Assembly: GCA_051294375.1 (NCBI GenBank)
Contig: CM119269.1
Location: 9,365,274-9,429,273, forward strand
Length of the DNA: 64,000 bases
Origin: Paraspadella gotoi
Taxonomy: Eukaryota > Animalia > Chaetognatha
Direction of reading: 5' to 3'
The notes under the pieces were generated by a model. That model was not told the DNA's origin. It was given only the letters and a program-made list of their open reading frames with translations, and searched no databases. Below, in pieces: positions 40,829 through 54,210 of the stretch (its first letter is position 1; each line of letters begins with the position of its first letter). Made by a program: the position numbers and the translations under genes.

Positions 40829-43800
40829 TTACGTCATGAGCCCGCAACAGAGGTATCCGTCCTTGGCCTTTCTTCGTGCCGCCGCGTTACGATCCACTGG
40901 GGGCAGAGGGGAACCGCGATGCGCGGCCGGTAGAGGGGAGTGGCGTCTATCCGGCAGAGGGGAGTGGCGGCGGCCGGGTGGGGGGATAGGTGGTGGCATC
41001 GAAACGAGGCTGTCCGCGTCGCGACCTTGATCGGCGCGATACCTGGTGGGAAAGAGGAAAAGATGGAAAATTAATTTAATAATTTAATGAAAATAAAATT
41101 CAATGAAAAAAATAGATATTTTAATGAATGTATTGATAAATATATAAACGAATAAAAACTAAATAAATGAACAAGTTGTAGAAGACGAAAATACGAGAAA
41201 ATAAAGGTAGGGAAAAAGGTGAAGAATTGTGACGATGTTAGAGAAGTAGAAAAGAATTGATTGATCCACAATTATCATCGCCCGGACCAACTTTACCTTA
41301 CGGTCTCCTCGGCCCTTTTTCCCTGGTCCGGTCATGATCCCATAACAGAAGTATCGTCCTTGGCCAAAGCCAAAGCTAGGGCAAAGTGACGTGTGGATTG
41401 ACCGGCTCGGAAGGGTTAAGAAAGAGAGACCGGTGGTAAGGCGTGTCAAAGTCAATAAATAATTACAGATCGATTATGTGACAAATGAATGACTAAAGAA
41501 AAAAATATCAATACGTATATAGAAATAAAAAAATTACTGTCTAATTAAAAGTAAGTAATTAGTAAATATAATGAATGTACTTTTTTAGAGCTGATTTCGC
41601 GTTAATCTTGAACGGGATGCTGACGAATTTTCTCTTTCCGAGGCTGACGCCATTCGAGTCCGCGATTCTGATTGGCAGACGGAGTTTGACCGTCATCTGA
41701 AAATTTATGGTTATACATCTGTAAAGAGATGGTTTGACAGTAGAGCGTTGAAAAATAACAAAAATGTGAGTAGCATACCTATTTTAGTGTAATGTAGTCT
41801 GTAGAATTCGATGGTGATGACCATTTTTTTTGTATAATTTTATCTTTCTGTTCGGAAATGACGGTTTTTAATGTATATAAAATTGTTATAAAATAGCAAA
41901 AGTTATGATAAATCAAATTATTAAAATTTTATAATATTTTATATGAGCTTTTGAAATATAAAATAAAGACTTATAAAAATATTTTGGTAAGTTTATTTTT
42001 AAATTTTATATTTTATAAAAAAGTTAGTTAACTATATTTATTAATAATTATGAGTAAAAATTAGGTTAAAGTTAAAAAATAATAATTTAAAATTTTTTTC
42101 ATGGATTTGCATTCTTTGCAAAAAGTTGATATAAGAAAATATAATTTTTATATCAAAATTATGTCATTAAGTTGGTCAAAATTTAGAAAAACTATAATTT
42201 TAAACCAAAAATTGAAAAATTAAACAAAAATAATAGTTTTTAATATTTTAACCTACTTAATGAAAGAATTTTTTAAAATAGATTATATTTTCTTATATCA
42301 ACTTTTTGTAAGGAATTCAAATCCGGTTTTAATAATTTAATTTTTTTATTTTTTCACTTTAGCTTATTTTATTATTATTTATTAATAATATGAGCTAACA
42401 AACTATTAATAAAATATAAAATTTGTAAATAAACTTACCAAATATTTATATGGGTCTTTATTTTATATCATGAAGTTAAATATGGCTTTTATAAAATCTT
42501 AATAATTTGAGTTTCTTATCTCTACAAGTGTTGCTCCATTTTAATAGCACCTTATATGCTGCAAAAATCGCCATTTCCGACAAAGAAGATGAGTCTATAC
42601 AAAAAATGGTTATCATCATCGAATTCTACAGACTTTATTACACTAAATTAGTCTACTTTATGATTCTTGATTTGTTATATTTCGTTATTTTTCAACGCCC
42701 TATTTGACAGTTATCTGTAAGGAAATGATCGGCAGTTACCTGAAAAATATTAGGCCTTTGATTAAGCTCGGCATTCAGCCGCTTCAAAGTCTTACATTCA
42801 ACCTTGTATGAATCTTATATTCATCCCCCTACCCCCCCTCTTCACCTCCTCGTCGAACTGCACGGGACAGAGATCCCGGTCGATCTCACGACTCCTGAAG
42901 TCAACGGGATCGTCGAGAAAGTTCGTCTCAAGCGGCAGCGCAGTGGCGCCTCTGCCGTTCGCAGCCCCGACCGTCCGCAGCCGCACGTGGTCGTTTCCCG
43001 TGGAGGGGGTTTCAACTTTTAACTGAGGGGCAAAAAGGATGGAGAGAGAGAAAGAGAGAGAGAGAGAAAGAGAGAGAGAGATTAAGACCCAAACATAAAT
43101 GGAGCTCAGCTGGGGCTTTTCTTTTATTTATTTGGAAGCGATTTCAGCTAATCATTTTTATATTTGTTCGTATGTTCCTTCGTTCCTGGGTTATTTCTTT
43201 CTTAATGAGCTTTTAACTTTTTTTATGAATGAAAAATGGGCATTTCACAGGAGAAAGGTCAAGTATCTCACTTTCAGTAGGAGGCTCTTTTCATTTCCTT
43301 CAAAATTTGGGACTTTTTCCACTCGCACAAATATTATTATTTTCGTCTTCTACAATAGCGACCCGTTTCTCCTCATGTCAGACTCTTTGTCTGTATCGAA
43401 AGACCTGTCAGTCTGGCAGTCTGTTTGTTCACTGTATCTCTGTCTCTGTCGGAATCAGGTGTCGTTTATTTCTATCAATCGTCTTTATTATTTCTCTTTT
43501 TTTTCACTCTGCTCTTTTTTTTTCCTTTTCCCTTTTTTTCTCTCTTTTCCTTTGTTTTCCTTTCTTCTTTTGAATCCTCGCCTTTCTCTCTCTCTCTCTC
43601 TCTCTTTCACTCTCTCTCTGAGATTCAGCACCTGCGAACTCTAGAATTCCCTCCCAGATTTTTCCTCCTGCTTTTCGTTTCCTTTTTTCGCTGACGAAAT
43701 ACAACTTCATCACTAAAACCAAATCTCAACCGAAAGTATTTGTTGGTTATAACAAACTAATACATTTTTATATTTTTTTTACCTCTTTATTATTGCTCTT

Positions 43801-45426
43801 ACTTTACTTCTTTTTTCCGTCATCTCTTCTCAGATGTTCCTTCGCCATTTTTCTTTTTCATTTTCCTTCTTACTTTCCCCGTTTAATTTCTTACATATCC
43901 TCTCTTCCCCCCCCCCAGCCTCTCCGTCTTCTCTCCTTACGACACAAAATTCTCTTACATTTCTCTTCTCTTCTCTCCTTTTTTCTCATCTTGTCGTCGG
44001 GCAATGAATAAGTTCACCCAGCCTATAAGCATGAGACCAGGGCTCATTGACCATTAGGTAAAGGGATCGATACTCAATGGTACCTACCCTGCGGGAAGAG
44101 TAAACCGCCTTGGGGACGTGAATAAAACCCTCGAGCCTGGTTCTAAGCCCAGGACCCGTTCGATTGCTGCTGAGGGGGCACAGAAGATACGGATAGTAGT
44201 CTTCAGCCCTCTTTGCGCCTCATTCCCTCTACTTCGCCTTCGCCTTCTCCTTCCCTTTCCCTTTCTCCTTCTCCTCCACTTCTTCCCCTCCTTATCCTCT
44301 TCTTCCTCCCCTTCCTCTTCTTCCCTTTCTCCTTCTTTTCCTCCCTTTCTTCCCCTCCTTATCTTATTCTTCCTCCCCTTCTTCTCCTCCCTTTCTTCCC
44401 TTCCTTATCTTCTTCTTCCTCCCCTTCCTCTCTTCCATTTCTTCCCCTCCTATCTTCTCTTCCTTCCCTTCTTCCTCCCTTTCTTCCCCTCTTCTCTTCC
44501 CCTTCTTCCCCTTCTTCTCCTCCCTTTCTTCCCTCCTTATCCTCTTCTTCTTCCCTTCTTCTCCTTCCCTTCTTCCCTCCTTCATCCTCTTCTTCTCGTC
44601 TCGCCCTTCTTCTCCTCCATTTCTTCCCCTCCTTATCTTCTTCTTCCTCCTTTTCTCCTTCCCTCTCGCCTTTTTCTCCTCCCCTTCGTCTCCAACGAGG
44701 TCAAACACCAACGGGATCCTCAACGGGACATCAACAGGTGCCTTCCCGTCTTCCGCCGGCAGCTTCAGCTTCAAGTTGAGTTTGACTTCCGTGCGTCCGC
44801 TGACCTGGGTAAGTGAGGATTCGGGTGAGATGGAATGGGAACAGGGTAAGGCGAGATGAGGGGAAGAGGTGAGGGAGAAGGAGAAGTGACTCGGGGTTTG
44901 TGATGGAATGTGAATTGACAGGAGAATGATGATATTGTTCATATAAAAATGATATGTGGTTATTTATTAAAATCGGAAAAGCGAATGGAATCGAATTGGC
45001 TTATTATTATAATTATAATGATAATATTATTATCATTATTATTATTATTATTAATATTATTTAAAGTGTCATTCATTTTTTAAGAGAGAGAGAGAAAGAA
45101 ACCTTTCTTACATTTGTAAAAATATTTTAAAATGAGGTAAAGTTTTACGACCAGTGCTTACGAAAAAAACGCAAAATAAGCTTTCTTGACGAGCATTTGA
45201 ATTTATGTACAAAAATATTTATTGGGGACAAACAGACAGACGAACAAAAAAGCGAGTTTCAAATTCTACTAAAAAAAAATGAAAGGCAAGGTCCGGCTAA
45301 CGGACACGGAAATAATAAACATCATTCATAAATTAACATTTAATCAAAATTAAATCAAAAAAATTAATTTACCAAAATGTCTCCGATTTCGTCGACGGTT
45401 ATCGCCTCTTGTCCTCCGGGCGGCAT
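40829..45426 (-). CDS. Uncharacterised ~252-aa protein, 6 exons, Pro-rich tail ending RRKAKDGYLCCGLMT
   Basis: Exons 45426-45373, 44804-44670 (GC donor assumed), 43022-42846, 42802-42740, 41696-41581, 41042-40829; phases 0,0,0,0,2 consistent; 759 nt open; CpG-rich exons in AT-rich or purine-run introns. Confidence 0.65.
41741..42702. mobile_element. Non-autonomous hAT-type foldback MITE
   Basis: Termini tagagcgttgaaaaataac / gttatttttcaacgcccta; perfect 8-bp TSD tttgacag (41733-41740 and 42703-42710); nearly whole element palindromic. Confidence 0.85.
43993..44203 (-). repeat. Structured dispersed repeat, diverged copy C
   Basis: Reverse complement shares gaacgggtcctgggcttagaaccagg, ccccaaggcgg, ctcttcccgcagggtaggtacc, catgcttatagg and gggtgaac with copy A. 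Confidence 0.7.
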
Positions 45427-46217
45427 CGTCGTCTTCTTCCTTGTCCTCTTCGTCTTCCTTGTCCTCTTTGTATTCCTTGTCCTTATCTCGATGTCGATGC
45501 TGTTGTTATTGTTGTACCTGTTGTTGCTGTACTCGATGTTTCAATGTTCGGTGTTGTGAGGGTGACTTCGAAAGGACGGAAAGAATTTATTATTTCTCGT
45601 TTTTATGACGCTTTGTGACGATTTTCTGATGAAAACAAACAATCGTTTTGCTTTTATTGAAATATAAAATTCTATTTATCGCATTGTTATTTGATAATAC
45701 CCCTACTTACAGCAGCATTGACGCTCGAAAAACTAAGAATACAATGAAAATAGAAATGTAAGTACTATTTTGTTGTAGTTTTCATTTACTTCTTGATCGT
45801 AAATTTCATGTCGTCGTCAACTAAATCTTTAATTCTATTGTTAAAAAATCAGTGCCTTAGTCATTGCTGGTTTCAATTGTTTAAAACTTTATTTTACTTT
45901 TTACATGACAAGTTCTTTTAATTTGACAGGCTTGAAAAAAAAATGGCAACGTGTACGAAAGAAAGAAAAAAAAAACATTTCAGATTAGTCATTATTTTTT
46001 TTTATTTTGTCTTTGACCCGTTTTTATTTTTTTTAGTTTTTAATTTCTTTCTCTTCTTCTCTTCTTCTTTTAAAATCTTTGTCTCCTTCTCAATTTTCCG
46101 AATGATCCTTCTTTTTCCGATTTTCAAAAGTTGAGAAACAGGTTCAGTCAGGTCGACGACACAATGTAAAGGGATTCGAGATATTTGAATGAGAAAGTCG
46201 GGGGAGAGAAAGAAAAA

Positions 46218-46273
<56 letters not shown>

Positions 46274-46722
46274 AGAAAGAAAGAAAGAAAAAAAAAAAAG
46301 CGGGAAAAAAACGAAAGAAAGAAAAATAAAAAAATCGAGAGAAAGAAATAGTATAAAAAAGAAAGAGAGATAATAACCATTAAAAGAAGGAACAAAAATT
46401 GTTATATGTATTCAAAATGGGATAAAACGAAATACATCCAAAGAAAGTTTTCCGAGAGCGCTTAATTTCAGTTAATAATCCCTGAACTTTATTTTGAACC
46501 ATATATAATTATATATATTCAACTCAATTCTTGAACTAAAAGCCCCAACAACTATTCCCACCCTTAGACCTAACCATGACCTGTTATTCTTAACCCTATT
46601 CCCTAATCCCTAATCCCTAATCCTTAATCCCTAATCCCTAAACCTAAACTACGAGGACAACAACAGAAAAAGATTTCTACTTAGGAATCGGACGTCATGC
46701 GATCGCATCTGAGAAAGATGCA

Positions 46723-46765
<43 letters not shown>

Positions 46766-46901
46766 GTGCCGCTGCTGCCACGCCTAAAGTAAGGAAGGTA
46801 GGGAAGCAAGTTCGTAGGTTCCAAATCTCATCGAAGCCTAATTGCGCGATAGGAAATTTCGGAATTCGAAAAGTACGTCTCTCTCTCTCTCTCTCTGTCT
46901 C

Positions 46902-46954
<53 letters not shown>

Positions 46955-47018
46955 ACTTTTCGAAAATAATTTTTTTTTTGTTTGCAGACAATCAACTTTT
47001 TTATTTTTAACTTCAAGC

Positions 47019-49027
47019 ATGTCTCCGCAAATCATTGCGGCGTTCCTTCTGACGGCGTCATTGTTTGTCCCGGCTTCGTGCAATTCTAGCGGCGCCCCTG
47101 TTAACAGCAACGCCGACCTTTGCGCGTCTATGAAGCCGAATCACTACGGAACCTCGGACTCTTCGGTAAATGGGATAAGGATAGGACACTATTATCGAGA
47201 AACAACTGAAGTGAAAAATCTATCTTCTCAAAAAATTTTTTTACCATACCGGGTAAAAGTTTTATACTGAATAAATTATGAATATTTAAAAAAAAATATC
47301 GTAATTTATTTTAAAATATTTAAAATAACATTATAGCATTTCTATGATTTTTTGTTTCCTACCATTTAATTTTTTAATGATATTTTTTTTTAAATTAAAG
47401 ATAGAGTGGGGAGGAGAGAAACAGAATGTCTCTGGAACGTGAATTAAGTTTATAATTTTCCAATAGATTAAGATTATTTTTTTAATTTGATTATTTATTG
47501 TAATAAATTAATCTTTAAAAAATGGTCTCGCTAGATGATGATGATGATTATGATGATGATGATGATGATGACTCCGTCTGGTTGACTCATCCCGTTGTTC
47601 ATATCATCTTCATCATTATCCATCACCCTTGCGACTAGACTTAATTTTATTTTCATCCTTTTATTATTTTATCATTATAATCGTTTTCTGTCTTCGTTAT
47701 CTTCATTATCCTCATCATATTTATCATCATGAACATTATTGTTATCACAATGCTTTTAATCATCATAATCATCAACTGGGTTTTCTTTGACATCGTTTTC
47801 TTCATCATTAATTTTTATAGCAATTGTGATCGTCCACGATTTAATGTCATCCATTTTTGTATCGTCTTAGTCATCCTCGATTTCTATTGTCCTCGCTTTC
47901 AGGACCCTCTTCCCTTTCGGATTCTGGTGCCCAAGACGAACTACACCGCAGGGGAAACTCAAACTCTGACTTTGGAATCCACACAAAACGGAGTTTTGCT
48001 CAAAGGATTTTTGATCCAAGCGATAGAAGCCGGGAGTGCCCCCGGAGATGCCGGGGGTAAGAAGAACAAAGCTTGATTAACCATATTAGTACAGATTTGT
48101 ATATATTACTCATGACAAGTAACAGGTACACAGTAGTATGAAATTATCATTATTATTATTAATATTATAATAATAATCATCATACCAAAGAGAAATGACA
48201 TTTTGACCTAACTAAATTTGAGTCATGCACAGTTATTTAGATATTATTAATTCTAACTGAAAAACCAACAGACAGAAAGACGAACAGAACTTTGGACAGT
48301 TAGACTTAAAAGTGACTTACAGACTTTAAACTTACTATGGCTAGGCGCCTAATAACAAAATTCTTCTTTTAGCCAAAGCTTACGGAACTTTTTCAAAGAC
48401 AGCTGGGGAAAAAGTCAAGCTTGTTGACTGTTTTGGAGGATCAAAGAATGCGGGTAAGCAAATGGTAAAAAAAGCAAGAAAATTATAGACAAAGTACATA
48501 TTATGATTTTCTTTGGTTGACAGCGACACACAGTGAAAAGATTGATAGCGGAGCGATCAATTTAACTTGGACTGCGCCGTCGGATGCTATGGGAAAAGAC
48601 TTGGAATTTAGGTGATGAATGAAAGAGAAAGAGATGGGATATAATAAATAGATTATGAATTTAAATGTTTAAATTTTATTGAAATTTTTAGAGTCACGTT
48701 TCTCAAAACCATGTCCGCATATTGGGTGGCGAAACCTTCGGATAAGCTAATGGTGAGGCATATCGTTAAAAATTCATATCGTTTCTGCTTATTATTGCTT
48801 TTGAAACTCTTATCATTTTTAATTATAAGAAACATGACTGTTTTCACGTTTATCATCATTAATCTCAGTTCACCAACGAAACGAACCCCGTGGCGTCCAC
48901 GACTCAAGAGACGCCCATCTCAACCCAGCCAATGACAACGACAACAAGCGGTGCAGTCAAAAATCCCATCAGCTTGGTCGTCTTCGCGATTGTCGGCCTC
49001 GTCGTTTTCTTCGGGATTTGTCGGTAA
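47019..49027 (+). CDS. Reeler domain protein (defence protein / FRRS1 N-terminal-like) with signal peptide and C-terminal hydrophobic TM/GPI signal
   Basis: Exons 47019-47165, 47903-48056, 48373-48453, 48524-48611, 48692-48752, 48869-49027. Motifs SGAP...CASMKPNH, KGFLIQA, GTF, C...NAATH, LTWTAPSD, FRVTF...YWV; Thr-rich stalk then LVVFAIVGLVVFFGI. Confidence 0.9.
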
Positions 49028-50848
49028 AATCGAAGCCGACACAAATGTCAGACACCTTGATTTAATCAAAGGCTCACGAAGAAAATACACTACTGATTTT
49101 CATTGAGGATAATTTTAACTTCATTTTTGTGAGGCGACTTACTTTGCTGATGTTTGAGTCCTAAAAGACGCTTTGCCCATGATATCATATAGTTTTGGTC
49201 CTAACCCGTAACAGATGAACCGTTGTGGTCGATGTTAGTATAAAACTAATCAAATTTGATGGAAGCTTAAATTCAAATAATTATATCTCGACTGGTTGCT
49301 TGACATGATTGACCAAAACTATTTGGTCCTCATTGGCAGATAATCTTAAGGGCACTAGAAAAGAAAGAGAAGAAAGGTTGACTAAAAACGTTGTGTAAAG
49401 TCACCTCAGCTAAACCACTGACCGCCGTCCTTCACAGTCTTTCAACTTTTATATTTAGTTAATGTTAAAGAAAATGACTTTTTAAATTTTTTATGTTCTC
49501 TCTTTTAGAACCCTATCTACAGAGATAAATTAAAAGTTTCAATGTTTCATTGCATGATCTTGAGCTGTTTGCTTTATAGCAATAAAAATGATAATTAATG
49601 ATTAATGTTTGGGATTACAATTCGTCAACAGCAGTCTATTTTGTTAGGTTTTAAAGGAATTCTAACAGTTCCATCACTTTTGAGATTTTTTAAATTTTCT
49701 TGGGTTGGATCATAGTTAGTCGCATTGAGCAGCGCAGGGCACTAGAGACAATTTCAATGACAAAAAAAAATAATATATATATATTTATGTTTTACGCGTT
49801 TCCAAAGGACCTTTTATGAAAATATAAGTTTACAAAATTGATACGACTTTCTTCTTCATAGTCCACTGGAACTCACGTTAAACAATTCTATGGCGGGCGA
49901 AATACTACGTTCGTCTCCGAGTTAGCATAGAAAATATAAAACAATTTTCTACAAACATATTTTACAAAAAATTTTTAGTTTTCAAAATCAAAATCAAAAA
50001 CTGTTCGTAAAATTAAAAAATCTGAAGAAGATTCCTTGGGGGGTTTCTCAGTTTCAGATGAGAACATTGTTTGAGCAGTGCTTAATCTCGACTTAATATT
50101 AACTCAATCCATATATCAAAAGATAAAAATAGAATAATAACTTTATTAAATATTCAATATCCAATAATCATTGAGAAACGTGCATCAGAATGACAGAGAA
50201 CCAAAATGCAGCAGCAGCAGTAGAGCCGATACGCAGCAACAGTAGCAGTAGAACTGAGATGCAGCAACAGAACCGAGACGCAGCATCAGTAGCAGCAGAG
50301 CCGAGACGCAGCAACAGCTCAAAGCTACATAAAAGCTTAAAATTAATTACCATATTCAAATAATTTCACAAATATCATTTAATACCTGATGGTCTCAGAG
50401 GAATCTCCCCAAAAATTAAGAATTTATTCCCCTTTTATATACAAAGACACAATTATCACAACCAATGAGAGGAGAATTCACATTTTAAGAATAAGATCAA
50501 AACATCTACTAGTTATTATTAACCAAAGAGAGACCAGATATTCAAATTCAAGGTATAAAATTCAACCAATTAGAGACATTAAACAGAACTATTGGAGTCA
50601 TTCAATTAAACTTTAAACTCAGATATTTGAGCCATTAAAAAATAAAAGGTCAGGGCTCAATTCAGATAAAAATCATTATAAACTCTTTAACAAAATCATT
50701 TTAAAATTTCATTATTTTTATAAGGAAATTTTTTATAAAGAAAATTCTATTTATGATTTTGTTTTGATGCGATAAACCTTTCGTTTTTCGTTGTTATGAT
50801 TTAGGAAAAAACAAAGTTTTTAATTGTGTTACAACGAATTTAATTAGA

Positions 50849-50897
50849 GATACGGACATGTTTCGGCTCACATTTCGAGCCTTCATCAGCGTTTGCC
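50849..50897 (-). ncRNA. Inverted copy of the hammerhead ribozyme in the left terminal repeat
   Basis: gatacggacatgtttcggctcacatttcgagccttcatcagcgtttgcc is the reverse complement of the right-hand motif. Confidence 0.78.
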
Positions 50898-50924
50898 ATA
50901 GAAAATATTTGTGCAAAAAGAAGG

Positions 50925-50969
<45 letters not shown>

Positions 50970-53932
50970 GTAAAGTTTTCCAACAAAATGGTGAGACAGA
51001 TAGTGGTCAGATGAGAGAACAGGCTGAAGTTGAGGACAGATTGAGTGAGTTGTGAAAAGAAATGAAATTTGTTAGAGAGAGAGAGAGAGAGAGAGAGGGA
51101 CAACAGGGATAAAATAAATAGTATTAAAGATACATTTGTAATGTACCAACAAAGTAAAAATTTTGAAAAACTAAATGTCAGTAAGAGCTTAACAATTATC
51201 TAATTTAAATAGTAGCTAAAGGATAGTAACATGAATTATGAAATTTGAAATGTGAAAAAGATAGTTGATAGTTAGGAGGATAAGAAAGTGAAATATAAGG
51301 AGAAAGAAAGAGCTCAAAATGAGACTCCTGGATCAAACAACCCGAAGCGGCGGCAACCCTTTGGGCGGCGGCGGCGCGGGTTCTCAACGCAGAAAGAGCC
51401 CCACCTATGCCTAATGTCGGTAAGGGTGAGCGCATGGCCATTGCCTCACTCAAGCGTAATCAAGCGATCATGGTTCATCCGCGGATAAGGGAAGAGCTGC
51501 GGTAGTCATGGACGCCCATGACTACAAAAGACAAGGTACGGAAAATGTTGGCAGATCAGAATACCTACCATCCTCTGCCAAAGGATCCGACCCTCGCAAC
51601 AGGGCTCGGATCCAGACGGTAACAAAACGCATATCGTGAATACTGCTCCCCGTCAGTATTTCACAGAGTCAATCCCGACTCAACGCAGCCTCCTTTGTTC
51701 TTCGGTCAGCCGAAGGTACATAAGCCCGATCTACCATTACGCCCAATCGTTCAGCTCGCAATTCCATTTTCAATGGAATGTCGAAGGAGTTGGGTCGCAT
51801 ACCATCTCCGTTAGTCGGTAACCAACACCACCTCAGAAATTCTCTTGATCTGACGGAAAAGTTGCAGCATCACAAAGTGCCCGATACTCATCTCTTGGTC
51901 TCGTGCGATTTACAAAGCATGTTTACGAACATTCCCCAAGACTTGGCGTTAGCCTCCGCAGAGCGCCGCTTGAGGGAAGACTGGTCATTGCACGAGCGTA
52001 CGCCAATCCAATTGGATGATATCATGGCATTGCTGCGGCTCGACCTGGAACTGGCGTACTTCAGGTTCGATGGAAGTATTATGCCCAGCCTGGTGGCTTA
52101 GGGATGGGTAAATCAACGTCAAGTCCTCTGGCAGATTTCTATATGGAGGACTATGAGGTGGAAGCTTTGGCCTCTTTTTCGATCGTTACATGGGGAAGAG
52201 TCAGTCCTTTTCTGGTATCGGAAAGCAGACGATACTATTCTGGCCGTGCGCAAAGACCTCATTGAGGCTTTACTAAACCACCTGAACAGCATCCATGTGC
52301 GGATCAAGTGGACATGCGAGAGGGAGGAGAATGGGTCAATTCCAATGCTCGATGTGTTGATTCAACGCAAAGAGGGCGGCTCATTGGAATTTTCAGTCTA
52401 TCGCAAACCGACCCACACGGACCAGTACATTCCCTTCATCTCGCATGCTCCTCTGTCCCACAAGCTCGCCACGGTCAGATCCCTTACCAGGAGAGCTGCA
52501 CTGATTCCGTCGACCCCCGAGCTTCAGGCCGCGAGCTTGAGCACGTCAAAAGAGCCTTGGCGATCAATGGCTACCCATTGTGGGCCTTCGAGAAGGCTAG
52601 GTATCGGCCGCGCCTGGCTGAGGACAGTGACCACTCAGGGGCTGTCCAAGTAACCGCCCACGCAGGTTCTACCTCCACCCCCCAGGAGGCGGAACGGGAT
52701 CTTGCTGCTGAAGTGCCGACCGCGCCCCACAGCGCAAGTGGAAGATAAGCAGAAGCGCCCAAGGAACGTGGGTCACTTGTCCCTCCCCTACCACCAGGGG
52801 ATCACTGAAGCATTGGTGCGGGTGCTAGCAAAGCAGGGGATCTCCACTTCAGTGACGGCCGCGCGGCTCCCTACGTGAGCATTTGGTGAAACCGAAAGAT
52901 AAAATCCCCAGACCGAAAACTTCAGGAGCCGTCTACTGGACGGCCTGTGCAGGGACGGGCAACCAACCCTGTGCAGCAGCATACGTGGGAGAGACAGGCA
53001 AGTCTCTGACTGATCGATTCCAACAACACACAAAGCCCTATCGTGACGCCCGAGGTCACTTTCTGTCCGCAGTTGCTGAACATTCGGCAGGCACAGGCCA
53101 TCTGTTCAGGGAATCAGACTGTCTCGTGCTGTCCCATGACCCAAACTGGTTCTCAAGAGGTATTAGAGAGGCAATTTACATCAAAGCCCTCGAGCCCTCT
53201 TTGAACCTGTGATGGAGGACGATTCGATCTCCCTCCAAGTTATGATACGCTTATCAAAAGCGTGGTGAAGGCCCCGCCTCCACCACGCCCCGCACAATGA
53301 TTCCCCTGTCTCCACTCAACGAGACAGGCGGAGACCCTTGCGCAGGCAATGGGCAAACGATGCCTCTCACTCAAATGAAGCAACTCAGTCCCTCTCTGGC
53401 GACTGGGCGCCGCCCAAAACGACGGCTTCAGGAGGAGGGAGAATCCACCACTCCTGTCACGAAAGCGGCAAGAACGGACAACCGCCGCCTCGCCAGCAGG
53501 CGAGAAGAGGGCCCCAGCAGGCACAACAGGTCAAAGAGACATAAGAGTGGCTCTGGGAATCTTTCCGTCAGGTTCGATACCCAGTGCAACATTCACTGGT
53601 TCAACCACACTCTCCTCTCAGCCTATGACGCGCTAATGACCTGGCACCATCGTCTCTGTCCTTCATTTGCATATAAAACAAGGGGGGCCAGCTCATTTTG
53701 AGCTTATATTTATATATATATATATATTTCTCCTATATTTTCACTTTCTTATCCTCCTAACTATCAACTATCTTTTTCACATTTCAAATTTCATAATTCA
53801 TGTTACTATCCTTTAGCTAACTATTTAAATTAGATAATTGTTAACTCTTACTGACATTTAGTTTTTCAAAATTTTTACTTTTGTTGTACATTACAAAATG
53901 TATCTTTAATACTTATTTATTTATCCCTGTTG

Positions 53933-53971
<39 letters not shown>

Positions 53972-54077
53972 ACAAATTTCATTTCTTTTCACAACTCACT
54001 CAATCTGTCCTCAACTTCAGCCTGTTCTCTCATCTGACCACTATTCTGTCTCACCACTTTGTTTGGAAAACCTTTAC

Positions 54078-54132
<55 letters not shown>

Positions 54133-54162
54133 CCTTCTTTTTGCACAAATATTTTCCTTATG

Positions 54163-54210
54163 GCAAACGCTGATGAAGGCTCGAAATGTGAGCCGAAACA
54201 TGTCCGTATC
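54163..54210 (+). ncRNA. Minimal type I hammerhead ribozyme in the Penelope terminal repeat
   Basis: acg CTGATGA a ggctc-gaaatgt-gagcc GAAA catg TC cgt: core motifs, 5-bp stem II, palindromic acatgt stem III, GUC cleavage triplet. Confidence 0.8.

Noticed and set aside
44118-44816. Long Pro/Leu/Phe/Ser-rich ORFs (also 28113-28462, 63305-63894 and the many ERER/SLSL ORFs)
   Set aside because: They are translations of purine/pyrimidine low-complexity intron tracts and (AG)n microsatellites that lack stop codons by composition.
50840-51103. Duplicated small ORFs ending MANADEGSKCEPKHVRISN (also 53881-54219)
   Set aside because: They are translations of the Penelope terminal repeat and hammerhead sequence, not protein genes.
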